Of a DNA stretch of 64,000 nucleotides, positions 40,075 through 49,793 are shown one piece after another. The stretch is from the NCBI GenBank assembly GCA_965197375.1, contig CBDAMZ010000008.1:143394-207393 (forward strand). Direction: 5' to 3'. The notes under the pieces were generated by a model. That model was not told the origin of the DNA, searched no databases, and was given only the letters and a program-made list of their open reading frames with translations. Origin of the DNA: Vicinamibacterales bacterium. Its GTDB lineage: Bacteria; Acidobacteriota; Vicinamibacteria; Vicinamibacterales; UBA8438. The position numbers were made by a program, and so were the translations under genes. Each line of letters begins with the position of its first letter. The stretch's first letter is position 1.

Positions 40075-40468
40075 GCGAGCGGTCGTTATGGGCTTCGGGG
40101 TCGGATTGGTCAGCGGTAGGACGGGCGGCCTCGATTTCCTTGAAGATGCGAGCGATCCGTCCCTGCTGCTCCACTGAGTCATCATAGAAGAAGGTGAGCT
40201 CCGGTACATGCCGCAACCGGAGCCGCTGGCCGAGTTGGCGTCGAAGAAACGATCGCGCCCGCTGCAGTGCGCGTCCGGCGGCACGACGGCCTCGCTCGTC
40301 CTCGAGCACGGTGTAGTACACCTTGGCCTGTTGCAGGTCACGGGTCATCCGCACACGCGTGACAGTGACGCTTCGGACTTCAGGATCCCTGGCGGTTCGC
40401 ATCAACAGCGCGCACAGCTCTACGCGGATCTGGTCGCCGACACGCTCCATCCGTGTACCGTGTGCCAT
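40052..40468 (-). CDS. rbfA: Ribosome-binding factor A
   Basis: From ATG 40468: MAHGTRMERVGDQIRVELCALL...DPEVRSVTVTRVRMTRDLQQAKVYYTV...LRHVPELTFFYDDS. Confidence 0.88.
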   Translation of the reverse strand: MAHGTRMERVGDQIRVELCALLMRTARDPEVRSVTVTRVRMTRDLQQAKVYYTVLEDERGRRAAGRALQRARSFLRRQLGQRLRLRHVPELTFFYDDSVEQQGRIARIFKEIEAARPTADQSDPEAHNDRSHEGPRDT

Positions 40469-40532
40469 GTCGTTGGTCGAGACACCCGGCTGGGTTGGCG
40501 TTCGCTCCTTTCGCCGTTCATGGAACAAACTG

Positions 40533-40817
40533 CTAGGCCAGCCATTCGAGCTTTGTGCCGACAATCACGTCCGGATCGTGTCGCTCGATCTCAGAGATGA
40601 CGGTCTCGAGGGATTGATCAACGCCGTCGCGGGTCGCTGCGATCGCGATGATGTCAAGCCGGGCACGCTGCCACAGGTCCTGGTACTCTACTTCTGCGAG
40701 CGAGACGTTCAACTTTCTCAGTCGATCTTTAACGCTGCGCAACACCGCTCGCTTGTCTTTGAGCGAGCGCGCCGCCGGAAAGTGCAGGTCAACCGACAGA
40801 AGTCCGACGGCTGGCAT
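40533..40817 (-). CDS. DUF503 (YlxP-like) protein
   Basis: 94 aa; VGLLSVDLHFPAARSLKDKRAVLRSVKDRLRK-NVSLAEV matches the DUF503 pattern; conserved position between infB and rbfA. Confidence 0.8.
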   Translation of the reverse strand: MPAVGLLSVDLHFPAARSLKDKRAVLRSVKDRLRKLNVSLAEVEYQDLWQRARLDIIAIAATRDGVDQSLETVISEIERHDPDVIVGTKLEWLA

Positions 40818-40912
40818 CGGTCTGGGTGCGCAGGAGGCGACGGAGCTTCAATGTCTCGCCTCTGTCGTTCGCTGCATATTTTCCGACGATGTCGAATTAA
40901 ATAATGCCGGAG

Positions 40913-43516
40913 CTAGACGGTTGCGGCCACCTTTTCGACGGTGAATACTTCGATGACGTCTCCGAGCTTCAGGTCTGGGAAACGCTCGAACGCGATGCCG
41001 CATTCGAATCCAGCCTTGACCTCACTGACGTCGTCCTTGAACCGCCGTAGTGATCCTATTCGTCCTTCGTGAATCACGACGCCGTCACGTACAAGGCGCG
41101 CTTGTGCCTCTCCAGACCGTTCGATCCGTCCGTCGGTCACCATGCAGCCGGCAGCCGTTCCGAACTTCGGCACCTTGAATGTTTGCCGGACCTCGGCCAT
41201 TCCAAGCTGCTGCTCATGGATCGTCGGCTCGAGCAGACCAGCCATTGCTTTTTTGACCTCATCGGTCACGTTGTAGATGATCGAATACCGGCGGACGTCG
41301 ACGCCTTCCCGCTCAGCGGTGTCTGCTGCATTCCGGTCAGGACGTACATTGAAACCGATGATGATCGCCCTTGAGGTCGATGCTAATAAAACGTCCCACT
41401 CACTGATGGATCCGACGCCGGAATGAATAATCCTGATCTTCACACGCTTGTCACCAAGTTTGGCAAGTGAGTCAGCCAAGACTTCGGCGGAGCCCTGAAC
41501 GTCAGCCTTGATGATGATAGCCAGCTCCTTGGTCTCGCCGTCCACGAGCTGCTCCTGCAACGACTCTAATGTCACACGCGTGCGCGGGCCGCTTAGCGCC
41601 TTTTCCTTCGCCTGATTCTTCCGGTACAGTGCTATTTGTCGTGCCTTGGCCGCGTCTGCCACGGCTTGAAAGGCGTTGCCTGGCTGTGGCAGTCCCGCCA
41701 AGCCAAGTACCTCCACAGGACTTGACGGACCGATCTCTTTCGCGGGCTGCCCGCGATCATCGATCAGGGCCCGAACGCGGCCAACGACGACACCGGCGAT
41801 GAAGTTGTCCCCAACCCTTAGTGTGCCGTCCTGGACGAGGACCGTCGCCACTGGTCCACGGCCTCGATCCATCTTTGCCTCGAGTACGGTCCCGCTGGCT
41901 GCCCGCTTCGGGTTGGCTTTGTGCTCGCCCATTTCGGTGACCAACAGGATCATCTCAAGGAGCAGGTCCAAATTCTTTCGCTGTTTAGCGGAGACTGGCA
42001 CAGTTACGGTCTGTCCGCCCCAGTCCTCAGCCGTCAACCCACGATCTGCCAGCTCCTGCTTGACGCGATCTGGGTTGGCGTTCGGTTTGTCGATCTTGTT
42101 GATCGCGGCGAGAATTGGCACCTTGGCCGCGCGGGCGTGGTCGATGGCCTCCTGCGTCTGCGGCATCACGCCATCGTCAGCTGCAACTACGAGCACGACG
42201 ACATCAGTTACCTCTGCGCCACGCGCGCGCATTAGGGTAAAGGCTTCGTGACCAGGCGTATCAAGGAACACGATGCGGCGGTCCTTTACCGCGACCGCGT
42301 ACGCGCCGATATGCTGTGTGATGCCGCCAGCCTCACGTTCGGCCACCTTCGTCTCTCGGATGCTGTCGAGCAGGGTCGTCTTGCCGTGGTCGACATGGCC
42401 CATGACGGTCACGACGGGCGCCCGTACCACCAGATCCTCTGGGCTGGTGTCCTCAGTCGTGACCATCTCCTCTTCGAACGTTCGCATTTTTACGTCGGCG
42501 CCGAACTCCCGCGCGATCATGGTTGCGGTGTCGGCGTCGAGCGTTGTGTTGATGGTCAGCATTAGCCGCTTTTCGATCAGCTTCTTTAACACGTCCTTTG
42601 CTCGAACGTCGATCCTGTCGGCCAGGTCCTTAACGGTCATTCCCTCGGCCAGCGTGATCGTTCGAGTGATCGGCGGCGGCGGAGCGGTCATGGCCGGGGT
42701 GGTTTGCGTTCGCACACGACGCTCTGCCGAGCGTCGGCCACCAAAACGGTGCTGCGGCCGAGGTGGTGGGCGGTACCCAACCGCAGGTCGCGGAGGAAGT
42801 TGTCGCGCAGCTGGCGGTCGGATCGGGTGGGACGGGAGGGGTCTTGGGCCTCCGAGTGGTGGCTTGACTATCGGCGGCGCAGTACTTGGGGTAGCCGTCG
42901 CGCCAGTGTCTATACGCGCGGACGCGGGAGGCTCCTCGACGCGCAGGCGTAGGACGGGCGGAACCACGCGGCCGGTTACCTGCGTGATAGTCGGGGCGGC
43001 GGGTGGCGGCGCTTGGGCAACCGGCTTTGACGGCGGCTCAGCCGGCGCAGGTGCCGCGGTGACAGGGAGCTCCTCTGGTTCGACGGGTATGGTCGCCGCA
43101 TCAGTTCGTTCAGCGGCTTGTGCTTCCGCTGCCGCGCCCAGCGCGGCGTTGGCCGCTTCGGCCTGAGCCGTGGCTTCTTCGGCGGCTTTAACGGCCGCCA
43201 CCTTGGCGGCCTTTGCCGACTTTACCAGCCGTGGGGATCCGAGCTTCGGCTTGGTCGGTGCAGCTGGTTCTGGTTTGGCTGCCGTGCGCTTCCCGCCGCG
43301 GCGCGCCGCCGGCTTTTTAGCAAACAGCTGCCCACTTGGTAGCTCGATGTTACGCTTGCGTGCAACTCGTTCGGCGAACTGCCGCGCCACGATCTCTTCG
43401 ATCGTGCTCGAGGCGCTCTTGACTTCGATCCCGTGCTGCTTGCGAAGTAAGTCGACGACGTCCTGGCTCGGGATACCTAGTACTTCCGCGACTCTGTAAA
43501 TCCGGATCGTGGCCAC
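40913..43516 (-). CDS. infB: Translation initiation factor IF-2
   Basis: 867 aa; Ala/Pro-rich N-terminal region; G domain [29 protein letters not shown]; C-terminal beta-barrels. Confidence 0.96.
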   Translation of the reverse strand: MATIRIYRVAEVLGIPSQDVVDLLRKQHGIEVKSASSTIEEIVARQFAERVARKRNIELPSGQLFAKKPAARRGGKRTAAKPEPAAPTKPKLGSPRLVKSAKAAKVAAVKAAEEATAQAEAANAALGAAAEAQAAERTDAATIPVEPEELPVTAAPAPAEPPSKPVAQAPPPAAPTITQVTGRVVPPVLRLRVEEPPASARIDTGATATPSTAPPIVKPPLGGPRPLPSHPIRPPAARQLPPRPAVGYRPPPRPQHRFGGRRSAERRVRTQTTPAMTAPPPPITRTITLAEGMTVKDLADRIDVRAKDVLKKLIEKRLMLTINTTLDADTATMIAREFGADVKMRTFEEEMVTTEDTSPEDLVVRAPVVTVMGHVDHGKTTLLDSIRETKVAEREAGGITQHIGAYAVAVKDRRIVFLDTPGHEAFTLMRARGAEVTDVVVLVVAADDGVMPQTQEAIDHARAAKVPILAAINKIDKPNANPDRVKQELADRGLTAEDWGGQTVTVPVSAKQRKNLDLLLEMILLVTEMGEHKANPKRAASGTVLEAKMDRGRGPVATVLVQDGTLRVGDNFIAGVVVGRVRALIDDRGQPAKEIGPSSPVEVLGLAGLPQPGNAFQAVADAAKARQIALYRKNQAKEKALSGPRTRVTLESLQEQLVDGETKELAIIIKADVQGSAEVLADSLAKLGDKRVKIRIIHSGVGSISEWDVLLASTSRAIIIGFNVRPDRNAADTAEREGVDVRRYSIIYNVTDEVKKAMAGLLEPTIHEQQLGMAEVRQTFKVPKFGTAAGCMVTDGRIERSGEAQARLVRDGVVIHEGRIGSLRRFKDDVSEVKAGFECGIAFERFPDLKLGDVIEVFTVEKVAATV

Positions 43517-43521
43517 GCGGC

Positions 43522-45138
43522 TCAGCCCTTTGCTAAGGTATCGTTCGTTGGCTTTGGCGGGGTTTCGCTTGCCTTCGGTCCGGCGGCGACCTCGGCTGCT
43601 TCGGCGGCCGCCCGCGCGACTGCGTCAACCTGCTCTCGTACGGTCGCCTGCAGTTGTTCTGCCGTCGCCTCATCGACGCCAGCCACCTTAGCGAGGTTGG
43701 CCGCCGTCGTCGCAAGTAGGCTGTCGGCGGTGTCGAGACCCGCATCGCCCAGCTGACGCAGCTGCTGCTCGTCAAGTCCGGGTAATGTCAACGCTGTTGT
43801 TTGCTGCGGCTTGGTTTCGCCTATCTCCGCCGGTCCGGTAGCGGCTTCGGCCGCTTCGGCGGCCGCCCGTGCGACCGCGTCGACCTGCTCCCGGACGGCT
43901 TCCCGCAGTTTTTCTGCCATCGCCTCATCGACACCGGCCACCTCAGCGAGGTTAGCTGCCGTCGTTTCGAGCAGGCTATCGGCGGTGTCGAGACCTGCGT
44001 CCCCTAGCTGACGTAGTTGCTGCGCGTCAAGCCCTGGCAGTGTTAGCGTTGCCGCTTCTTCGGTGGCACCCAACCCATCGAACTTAGCCTCAATTTCGCG
44101 ACGCTTTTCCTCCTCGCTCTTGATATCGATCTTCCAGCCTGTCAGCTTCGCGGCGAGACGGACGTTTTGGCCCTTCGTGCCGATGGCCAGCGAGAGTTGC
44201 CTATCCTCGACGACGACTTCGATAACCCTCGCGACGTCGTCGACGATCGTCACACTTTGCACCCTTGCTGGGCTGATACCGTTTGTGACGAAAACAAGTG
44301 GATCATCGGACCACTCGACGATATCGATTTTCTCCCCGCGCAGTTCCCGGATGATCGCTTGCACGCGCGTACCCTTTATCCCGACGCACGCACCAACCGG
44401 ATCGACGTCGCGCTCGCGCGAGTGGACAGCCACTTTGGCGCGATCGCCAGCTTCTCGCACGGCGCCCCGGATCGAGACCGTCCCGTCGTAGATTTCCGGC
44501 ACTTCCTGCTCGAATAATTTGATCAACAAGACCGGGTCGGTTCGTGAAAGGATGATCTGCGGTCCTTTGGTGTTCTTATTGACCTCTCGGATGACAACGC
44601 GGATACGGTCCCCAGGGTTGTAATTCTCGGCGCGCGACTGCTCGCGCCGGGGCAGCAGCGCCTCGACGCGGCCTGCCTCCACGACAATATCGCCGTTCTC
44701 GAAGCGCTTTACCGTGCCGCCGATGACTTCGCCCAGCCGATCGCTGTACTCGGCGTACACGTTCTCGCGCTCAGCCTCGCGAACCTTCTGGAAGATGACC
44801 TGCTTGGCCGTTTGCGCCGCGATGCGCCCGAGCACTTCGGTCGACTTCGGAAATTCGACTTCCATGTCAACTTCCGCTTCGTCGCCATACAGCTCTTTCG
44901 CATCCGGGAGGGAGATTTCGGTGGCCGCGTCTTGCACCTCGTCGACGATTTGGCGGACGGTGTACAGCTCAACCTGTCCCGTTTCCTGATTAAACTTCGT
45001 GCGCAGATTCTCGCTCGATTTGTAGTAGTTACGGGAGGCGGTGAGCACGGCATCTTCGATGGCCGCGATGATTATATCCGGCTCGATGCCCTTCTCCTTG
45101 GCCAGCGCCACGATCGTTTGCTGCACCGGATTGTTCAT
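43522..45138 (-). CDS. nusA: Transcription termination/antitermination factor NusA with duplicated C-terminal HhH (AR-like) modules
   Basis: 538 aa; N-terminal domain, S1, KH1/KH2 (ACVGIKGTRVQAIIRELRGEKIDIV; LAIGTKGQNVRLAAKLTGWKIDI), then two 85-aa repeats. Confidence 0.95.
   Translation of the reverse strand: MNNPVQQTIVALAKEKGIEPDIIIAAIEDAVLTASRNYYKSSENLRTKFNQETGQVELYTVRQIVDEVQDAATEISLPDAKELYGDEAEVDMEVEFPKSTEVLGRIAAQTAKQVIFQKVREAERENVYAEYSDRLGEVIGGTVKRFENGDIVVEAGRVEALLPRREQSRAENYNPGDRIRVVIREVNKNTKGPQIILSRTDPVLLIKLFEQEVPEIYDGTVSIRGAVREAGDRAKVAVHSRERDVDPVGACVGIKGTRVQAIIRELRGEKIDIVEWSDDPLVFVTNGISPARVQSVTIVDDVARVIEVVVEDRQLSLAIGTKGQNVRLAAKLTGWKIDIKSEEEKRREIEAKFDGLGATEEAATLTLPGLDAQQLRQLGDAGLDTADSLLETTAANLAEVAGVDEAMAEKLREAVREQVDAVARAAAEAAEAATGPAEIGETKPQQTTALTLPGLDEQQLRQLGDAGLDTADSLLATTAANLAKVAGVDEATAEQLQATVREQVDAVARAAAEAAEVAAGPKASETPPKPTNDTLAKG
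43576..44046. repeat. Tandem 255-nt (85-codon) duplication inside the 3' end of nusA
   Basis: Units 43576-43791 and 43831-44046 separated by a 39-nt linker; 'cttcggcggccgcccg' recurs at 43599 and 43854 (period 255). Protein units LTLPGLD(A/E)QQLRQLGDAGLDTADSLL.TTAANLA.VAGVDEA.AE.L...VREQVDAVARAAAEAAE.A.GP are nearly identical. Confidence 0.85.
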
Positions 45139-45149
45139 GCTCTACTTTA

Positions 45150-45674
45150 CTAAAATTCCACTTCTAACCTAGCCCGCCTGACGACCGACCACGGGATCCG
45201 ATGCAAGCGCCGATGGGCCCTGAGTACCACCCACCCGCTGCCGGTTTCGACTTCTTCGACCCCGACGACACGGCCAACCAGATGGTGTTGGCCGTTCACC
45301 GCCTCGGAGGTAACGAAACTGGCGAGCCGGCCCTGAAAGCGCTGGCAATCACCAAGGTGCCGTAGCGGGCGATCCAGTCCTGGAGACGAGATCTCCAACG
45401 TATACGCATGGTCCAATGTGACTTCGGCGTCGAGCACGGCGCTGAGGTCCTTGCTTACCCGCTGACAGTCCGTGACGCTGATGACCTCGCCGTTCTGGGC
45501 ATGATCGGCGTCACCAGGTGGTCGATCGATGACGACCCGAAGGATCCACCCGATCGACTCCCTCCGGAACTGAACGTCGAAGATCTCGAGCCCGCAGTCC
45601 CGCACGACGCAACCGGCAATCGACCGGAGCTGACCTAGCGAACTACCGACGGCGGGGCGATCGTCCTGACCCAC
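45150..45674 (-). CDS. rimP: Ribosome maturation factor RimP (start uncertain)
   Basis: ...LGQLRSIAGCVVRDCGLEIFDVQFRRESIGWILRVVIDRP...ISVTDCQRVSKDLSAVLD...YTLEISSPGLDRPL. GTG 45674 chosen because a terminator at 45701-45732 lies inside the longer 213-aa ORF. Confidence 0.7.
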   Translation of the reverse strand: MGQDDRPAVGSSLGQLRSIAGCVVRDCGLEIFDVQFRRESIGWILRVVIDRPPGDADHAQNGEVISVTDCQRVSKDLSAVLDAEVTLDHAYTLEISSPGLDRPLRHLGDCQRFQGRLASFVTSEAVNGQHHLVGRVVGVEEVETGSGWVVLRAHRRLHRIPWSVVRRARLEVEF

Positions 45675-45700
45675 GGCGCACCACGGTCGCTCAGCACCCT

Positions 45701-45732
45701 GAAAAACAAAAAGTGGGCAAACGCCCACTTTT
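45701..45732 (-). terminator. Rho-independent terminator downstream of asnS
   Basis: Minus strand reads aaaaGTGGGCgtttGCCCACttttTGTTTTTC: a GC-rich stem, 4-nt loop and T-tract, about 115 nt after the asnS stop. Confidence 0.7.
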
Positions 45733-45847
45733 ACGCAACTCGGCGTCAACGTACCAGCGCCACTATAGCACGATGGAAATGAGCACGGCAACGCAGCTGC
45801 GCCCTATTACTTCCCCTGTGACGGGGCATGGCGCGCCCGGTACGGTC

Positions 45848-47149
45848 TCACGGCGTCAGGCGGTGCAGCATGCGGGGGTACGGAATCGTCTCACGGACGT
45901 GCTCCAGACCGCAGATCCACGCAAGGACGCGTTCGACTCCCATCCCGAAGCCTGCATGTGGGACGCTACCGTAGCGCCGCAGGTCCAGATACCACTCGAA
46001 GGCTTCTTGCGGTAGGTCGGCTGTCTTGATGCGCTCTAGGAGCACATCGTAGTCGTCAAGTCTCGCACCACCGCCGATGATCTCGCCGTAGCCCTCTGGG
46101 GCCAGCACATCAACTGAGAGCGAGATCCCCGGGCGCTTGGGGTCAGGCTTCATGTAGAAGGCCTTTACGGCATCGGGGAACCGGTGCACCGCGACCGGCC
46201 GATCGAAATGACTCGCCATGACGGTTTCGTCTGCCCCCCCGAAGTCGCCCCCCCACTCGAACGGGAGCCCGTGATCTCTGAGGATCTGGACAGCTTCGTC
46301 GTAGCTCACCCGCGGGAATGGTGCCCGCACTAACTCGAGTGGCGCCGGGTCCCGCTGGAGCTCCGCCAACTCGCGCCGGCGGGTTTCGAGCACGCGCTCG
46401 ACAATTGAGACGACTAACGCTTCGGCCAGATCCATGGCGTCATCTAGTGTTGCATAAGCCATTTCCGGCTCGACCATCCAGAATTCGGTGAGGTGACGCC
46501 GGGTCTTCGATTTTTCGGCGCGGAAGGTTGGACCGAAGCAATAGACTCGGCCGAGGGCCATCGCGTTAGCCTCGTTGTAGAGTTGCCCGCTCTGCGTGAG
46601 GTAAGCCGTTCGGTCGTCGAAGTACGCAACCGGAAAGAGTGTCAGCGCGCCCTCGCAGGCCGTGGGCGTAAAGATGGGTGCATCGACGAGAATGAACCCT
46701 CGGCTGTTGAAAAAGTCACGAATGGCGTTGATGAGCTCATGCCGTACCCGCAGGATCGCCTGCTGTCGCCGGCTTCGAATCCACAGATGGCGTTTGTCGA
46801 GCAGATAGTCAATCCCGTGTTCCTTCGGCGTGATGGGGTAGTCGTGTGACGCGCTGGCCACTTCGAGCTGTGAAACGTCGACCTCGTATCCTCCTGGTGC
46901 GCGTTGGTCGGCGCGGACTGTCCCCTGGATTATGAGCGCGGTCTCCTGTCCCAGGTGGTTGGCCCGTTTGAACGTTTCATCACCGACGGTCACTTTAGAC
47001 ATGACAGCCTGGATGAAACCGGTACCGTCGCGAATGGTCAGGAAGTGAATCTTGCCACTCGAGCGGCGTTTGTACAGCCAGCCGCGCAAAGTCACCTGAT
47101 TGCCGACGCGATTCTGAATCTGGTCGATGTAGGTAGGTTCAGGGCTCAT
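45848..47149 (-). CDS. asnS: Asparagine--tRNA ligase
   Basis: 433 aa; class IIb; [24 protein letters not shown] (the EFWM.EPE pattern distinguishes AsnRS from AspRS); C-terminal [15 protein letters not shown]. Confidence 0.88.
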   Translation of the reverse strand: MSPEPTYIDQIQNRVGNQVTLRGWLYKRRSSGKIHFLTIRDGTGFIQAVMSKVTVGDETFKRANHLGQETALIIQGTVRADQRAPGGYEVDVSQLEVASASHDYPITPKEHGIDYLLDKRHLWIRSRRQQAILRVRHELINAIRDFFNSRGFILVDAPIFTPTACEGALTLFPVAYFDDRTAYLTQSGQLYNEANAMALGRVYCFGPTFRAEKSKTRRHLTEFWMVEPEMAYATLDDAMDLAEALVVSIVERVLETRRRELAELQRDPAPLELVRAPFPRVSYDEAVQILRDHGLPFEWGGDFGGADETVMASHFDRPVAVHRFPDAVKAFYMKPDPKRPGISLSVDVLAPEGYGEIIGGGARLDDYDVLLERIKTADLPQEAFEWYLDLRRYGSVPHAGFGMGVERVLAWICGLEHVRETIPYPRMLHRLTP

Positions 47150-47158
47150 GACGCAAGA

Positions 47159-48178
47159 TTACTGGAGTTCGTCGAGGTGCGCGGCCAGAAGATCGCGGAG
47201 TTTGGCGAACCTGGCGTTGCGCTCGAAGGTGTCTCGTACGTAGGACAGTGTTCTGGGAATCGCGTCCAGATAGCGTGGATTTCTGTGAACCACGATCTGG
47301 CAGCCGAAGGTTCCTAAGGCCTTTAGGTTACGCTGCGCTGCCATTAGATCGAACCGCCGGCGGAAATCTGAGGGCTGTGCCGGCTGGGCATGCTCGACCC
47401 AGCGCTCAAGCATGTGTTCGACGAACGGCTCGCCGAGATCGACGTACGAGTCGCGGAGGAGCGAGACGAGGTCGTACGTGTCAGGTCCCATCCGCGCGTC
47501 CTGGAAATCGATGACGTGCAGCTGTCCGTCGTGCACCATCAAATTCCGGCTGTGATAGTCGCGGTGACATAAAACGCGCGGTTCGGCGGCGAGCTCGCGC
47601 GCTAAGGTTAGGAACTCGTCGTCGAGCGCGACCCGCTCGGACGCGGCGACCGCACGCCCGCGATGTCCAACAAGGAAGTGCTCGACAAAGAACTCCAGCT
47701 CGGATGTCAGTTTATCCACGTCAAAAGCGAAATCGAACGGCAGGTAAGCCGGAGACGCCAACCGTTGCCCCTCACGCTGCATGACCTCGAGCACCCCGAT
47801 GGCTTCCTCGTAGCGAGCCATCCGTTCAGCGTCGGACGCGCTAACGAGATGGTTTTGCAGGGTGACATCCCCGAGGTCTTCGAGCACCAAGATGCCGAGG
47901 TCGGCTGCTGCGTCCTGAACGGCTGGGACAGGAATTCCCATACGTTCGAATAATCTCGCCACGTTGACGAAGGGAAGCGTCGCCAGATCAATTGGCCCCG
48001 GGTGGACTACTAACACGCGCGTCGGCCCACCCGGCGGACACAGACGAACGAAGCGGCGGGCTGAAGCATCGCCCGCCAGTTCGCGGACCGCCGTGCGGCC
48101 GACGGGGAGACCGGCGCGTTCGACGTAGGTCTGGACGCGTTTATTGGTGGACGGTTGATGTGAGCTGTAGCTGGACAT
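47159..48178 (-). CDS. Aminoglycoside-phosphotransferase-fold kinase, AmgK-like (candidate anomeric sugar kinase)
   Basis: From ATG 48178: ...LAGDASARRFVRL..., RVLCHRDYHSRNLMVHDGQLHVIDFQDARMGPDTYDLVSLLRDSYVDL (Brenner/APH catalytic loop as in AmgK). Confidence 0.75.
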   Translation of the reverse strand: MSSYSSHQPSTNKRVQTYVERAGLPVGRTAVRELAGDASARRFVRLCPPGGPTRVLVVHPGPIDLATLPFVNVARLFERMGIPVPAVQDAAADLGILVLEDLGDVTLQNHLVSASDAERMARYEEAIGVLEVMQREGQRLASPAYLPFDFAFDVDKLTSELEFFVEHFLVGHRGRAVAASERVALDDEFLTLARELAAEPRVLCHRDYHSRNLMVHDGQLHVIDFQDARMGPDTYDLVSLLRDSYVDLGEPFVEHMLERWVEHAQPAQPSDFRRRFDLMAAQRNLKALGTFGCQIVVHRNPRYLDAIPRTLSYVRDTFERNARFAKLRDLLAAHLDELQ

Positions 48179-48194
48179 AGAACACTGCGTTGAT

Positions 48195-49187
48195 TCAGCC
48201 GACCGGTTTATTGGAGGCGCTGACCGGGGGTGAGAGCGGAGCCACGAGCAGATCGCCCATGCGTTGCTGGAACGCCGTCCGGGCACGACCAGATTCCGTG
48301 ACGACCGCCTGGCGTTCGAGCCGACATCGGCGTGGCAGCCGCACACCGTCTGCCAGCACACAGTCGATCACGTGGCACTCCTCGGCGACCTCGACGTGGT
48401 CCCAGACTGCGGTGCGGAGCACCGATGCGGTTGGGTGGATGGTCGATCCCTCGCCGACGGGGAGGGCTCCGAGACCTTCTTGCTCTGCAATCGCGAGCGA
48501 TGTCGTGAGGTAATCACGCGGGGTACCGATGTCGTGAAAGCTGGCTGTCACGGCGTGCGCGTGAATGGTGTGCGATCGGCGGGCAATGAGCGCATCGTAG
48601 GTGCCACCTATTGTGGCGGCCGGCTTGCCCTCCGGCAGATCAGCGAACACTGACGCCTCGACCAGCTGCACGCCGACGAAATGGTGCGCGGTGCCGTGGC
48701 CGGGCGGCGTGAAACCCTGAATCCAGCCGTTGTCGTCGACAATGACCCCTCCGTAGCGCTTCGGTGCAAGGTTCCGAGTGAGCGCGAGCGTTACCAACGC
48801 ATCGGTCTGCACATGTGAAGACCGAAGCGCCTGGAGTGGGATGTCTGTCAGTGTGTCGCCATTGACGATAAAAAATCGTGAGCCGAGGAGTGGGAGCGCA
48901 TGTCGCGGCCCGCCGGCTGAGCCGAGAAGGGTGGGTTCCCACGAATAGCGAACCGAGACGCCAGCTGCTTCTCCGTATCCCACCACGCGCGTGATCGTTT
49001 CCGGCTTGTGATGGAGATTTAGCACAACATCGCTGACTCCCTCGCGGGCAAGCCAGGCGAGCACTCTCAGGATCAGCGGCGTGCCGGCAATCGGCACGGC
49101 CGTCTTTGCGCGGGCGTACGTCAGTGGTGCCAGACGTGTGCCGAGTCCCGCTGTTAGGACGATGGCTGGGGGAAGAGGTTCGCTCAA
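48195..49187 (-). CDS. NDP-sugar pyrophosphorylase (MurU/GlmU-like nucleotidyltransferase with C-terminal left-handed beta-helix)
   Basis: 330 aa; AIVLTAGLGTRLAPLTYARAKTAVPIAG signature; C-terminal hexapeptide-like repeats; 17 nt upstream of the kinase gene. Confidence 0.82.
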   Translation of the reverse strand: MSEPLPPAIVLTAGLGTRLAPLTYARAKTAVPIAGTPLILRVLAWLAREGVSDVVLNLHHKPETITRVVGYGEAAGVSVRYSWEPTLLGSAGGPRHALPLLGSRFFIVNGDTLTDIPLQALRSSHVQTDALVTLALTRNLAPKRYGGVIVDDNGWIQGFTPPGHGTAHHFVGVQLVEASVFADLPEGKPAATIGGTYDALIARRSHTIHAHAVTASFHDIGTPRDYLTTSLAIAEQEGLGALPVGEGSTIHPTASVLRTAVWDHVEVAEECHVIDCVLADGVRLPRRCRLERQAVVTESGRARTAFQQRMGDLLVAPLSPPVSASNKPVG

Positions 49188-49738
49188 GGGTCGATGATCA
49201 TGTGGGTGGTAGACAGGCCACGTCTCTCGCAGTGCTTCTCGAAGAGGGTACGATACGAATCGACAATGTAGTCCTCGGGGGTGCGCCCCAGTGCCCGTGC
49301 AAGCTCAGCGATCCCGTCTTCGCCACCCTCGAGCTCAACGAACGTACCGAGCGGCGTCTTGTCGATCGCGACAACGACGCCACCGCGCTCGAACTCTTTG
49401 CGGTACTTCTGGCAGTGAAATGAGAGATTCAGCCCGAGCTTCTCGAAGACCCGAAGTAGGAGACTCCCATCGGTGACGCCGGTCTCAAGCTCCTCGCGTA
49501 CCTTCATGGAGGCCCGCTGAGGCGCGCTCTTAAAGGCTAACGTCGAAACGCCATTCTCCGTGCGTACACGTAGGGCACAGGCCTTTCGACGCAGGCGGCC
49601 GTCGGCCGAATCGAGTAGCCGGTCGTCCTGCAGCCGGCGGGCTCGCACCAGTATTGCACCGATTGCCTCGACCGCAGCTCGAGCGGCCTCCGGTGAATCG
49701 AATCGAAGCTTGAACTCCCGTTCGACCGGGTTCGTCAC
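49184..49738 (-). CDS. CYTH-domain protein (class IV adenylyl cyclase / triphosphatase family)
   Basis: 184 aa; N-terminal EREFK (ExExK) motif; ...ALRVRTENG.STLAFK...REELE...; stop overlaps the start of the nucleotidyltransferase gene. Confidence 0.82.
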   Translation of the reverse strand: MTNPVEREFKLRFDSPEAARAAVEAIGAILVRARRLQDDRLLDSADGRLRRKACALRVRTENGVSTLAFKSAPQRASMKVREELETGVTDGSLLLRVFEKLGLNLSFHCQKYRKEFERGGVVVAIDKTPLGTFVELEGGEDGIAELARALGRTPEDYIVDSYRTLFEKHCERRGLSTTHMIIDP

Positions 49739-49793
49739 CTGATGGATTTCCTCACTCAGAAAGAAATACTACCTCCTAGGGACGCTGAAGCCA

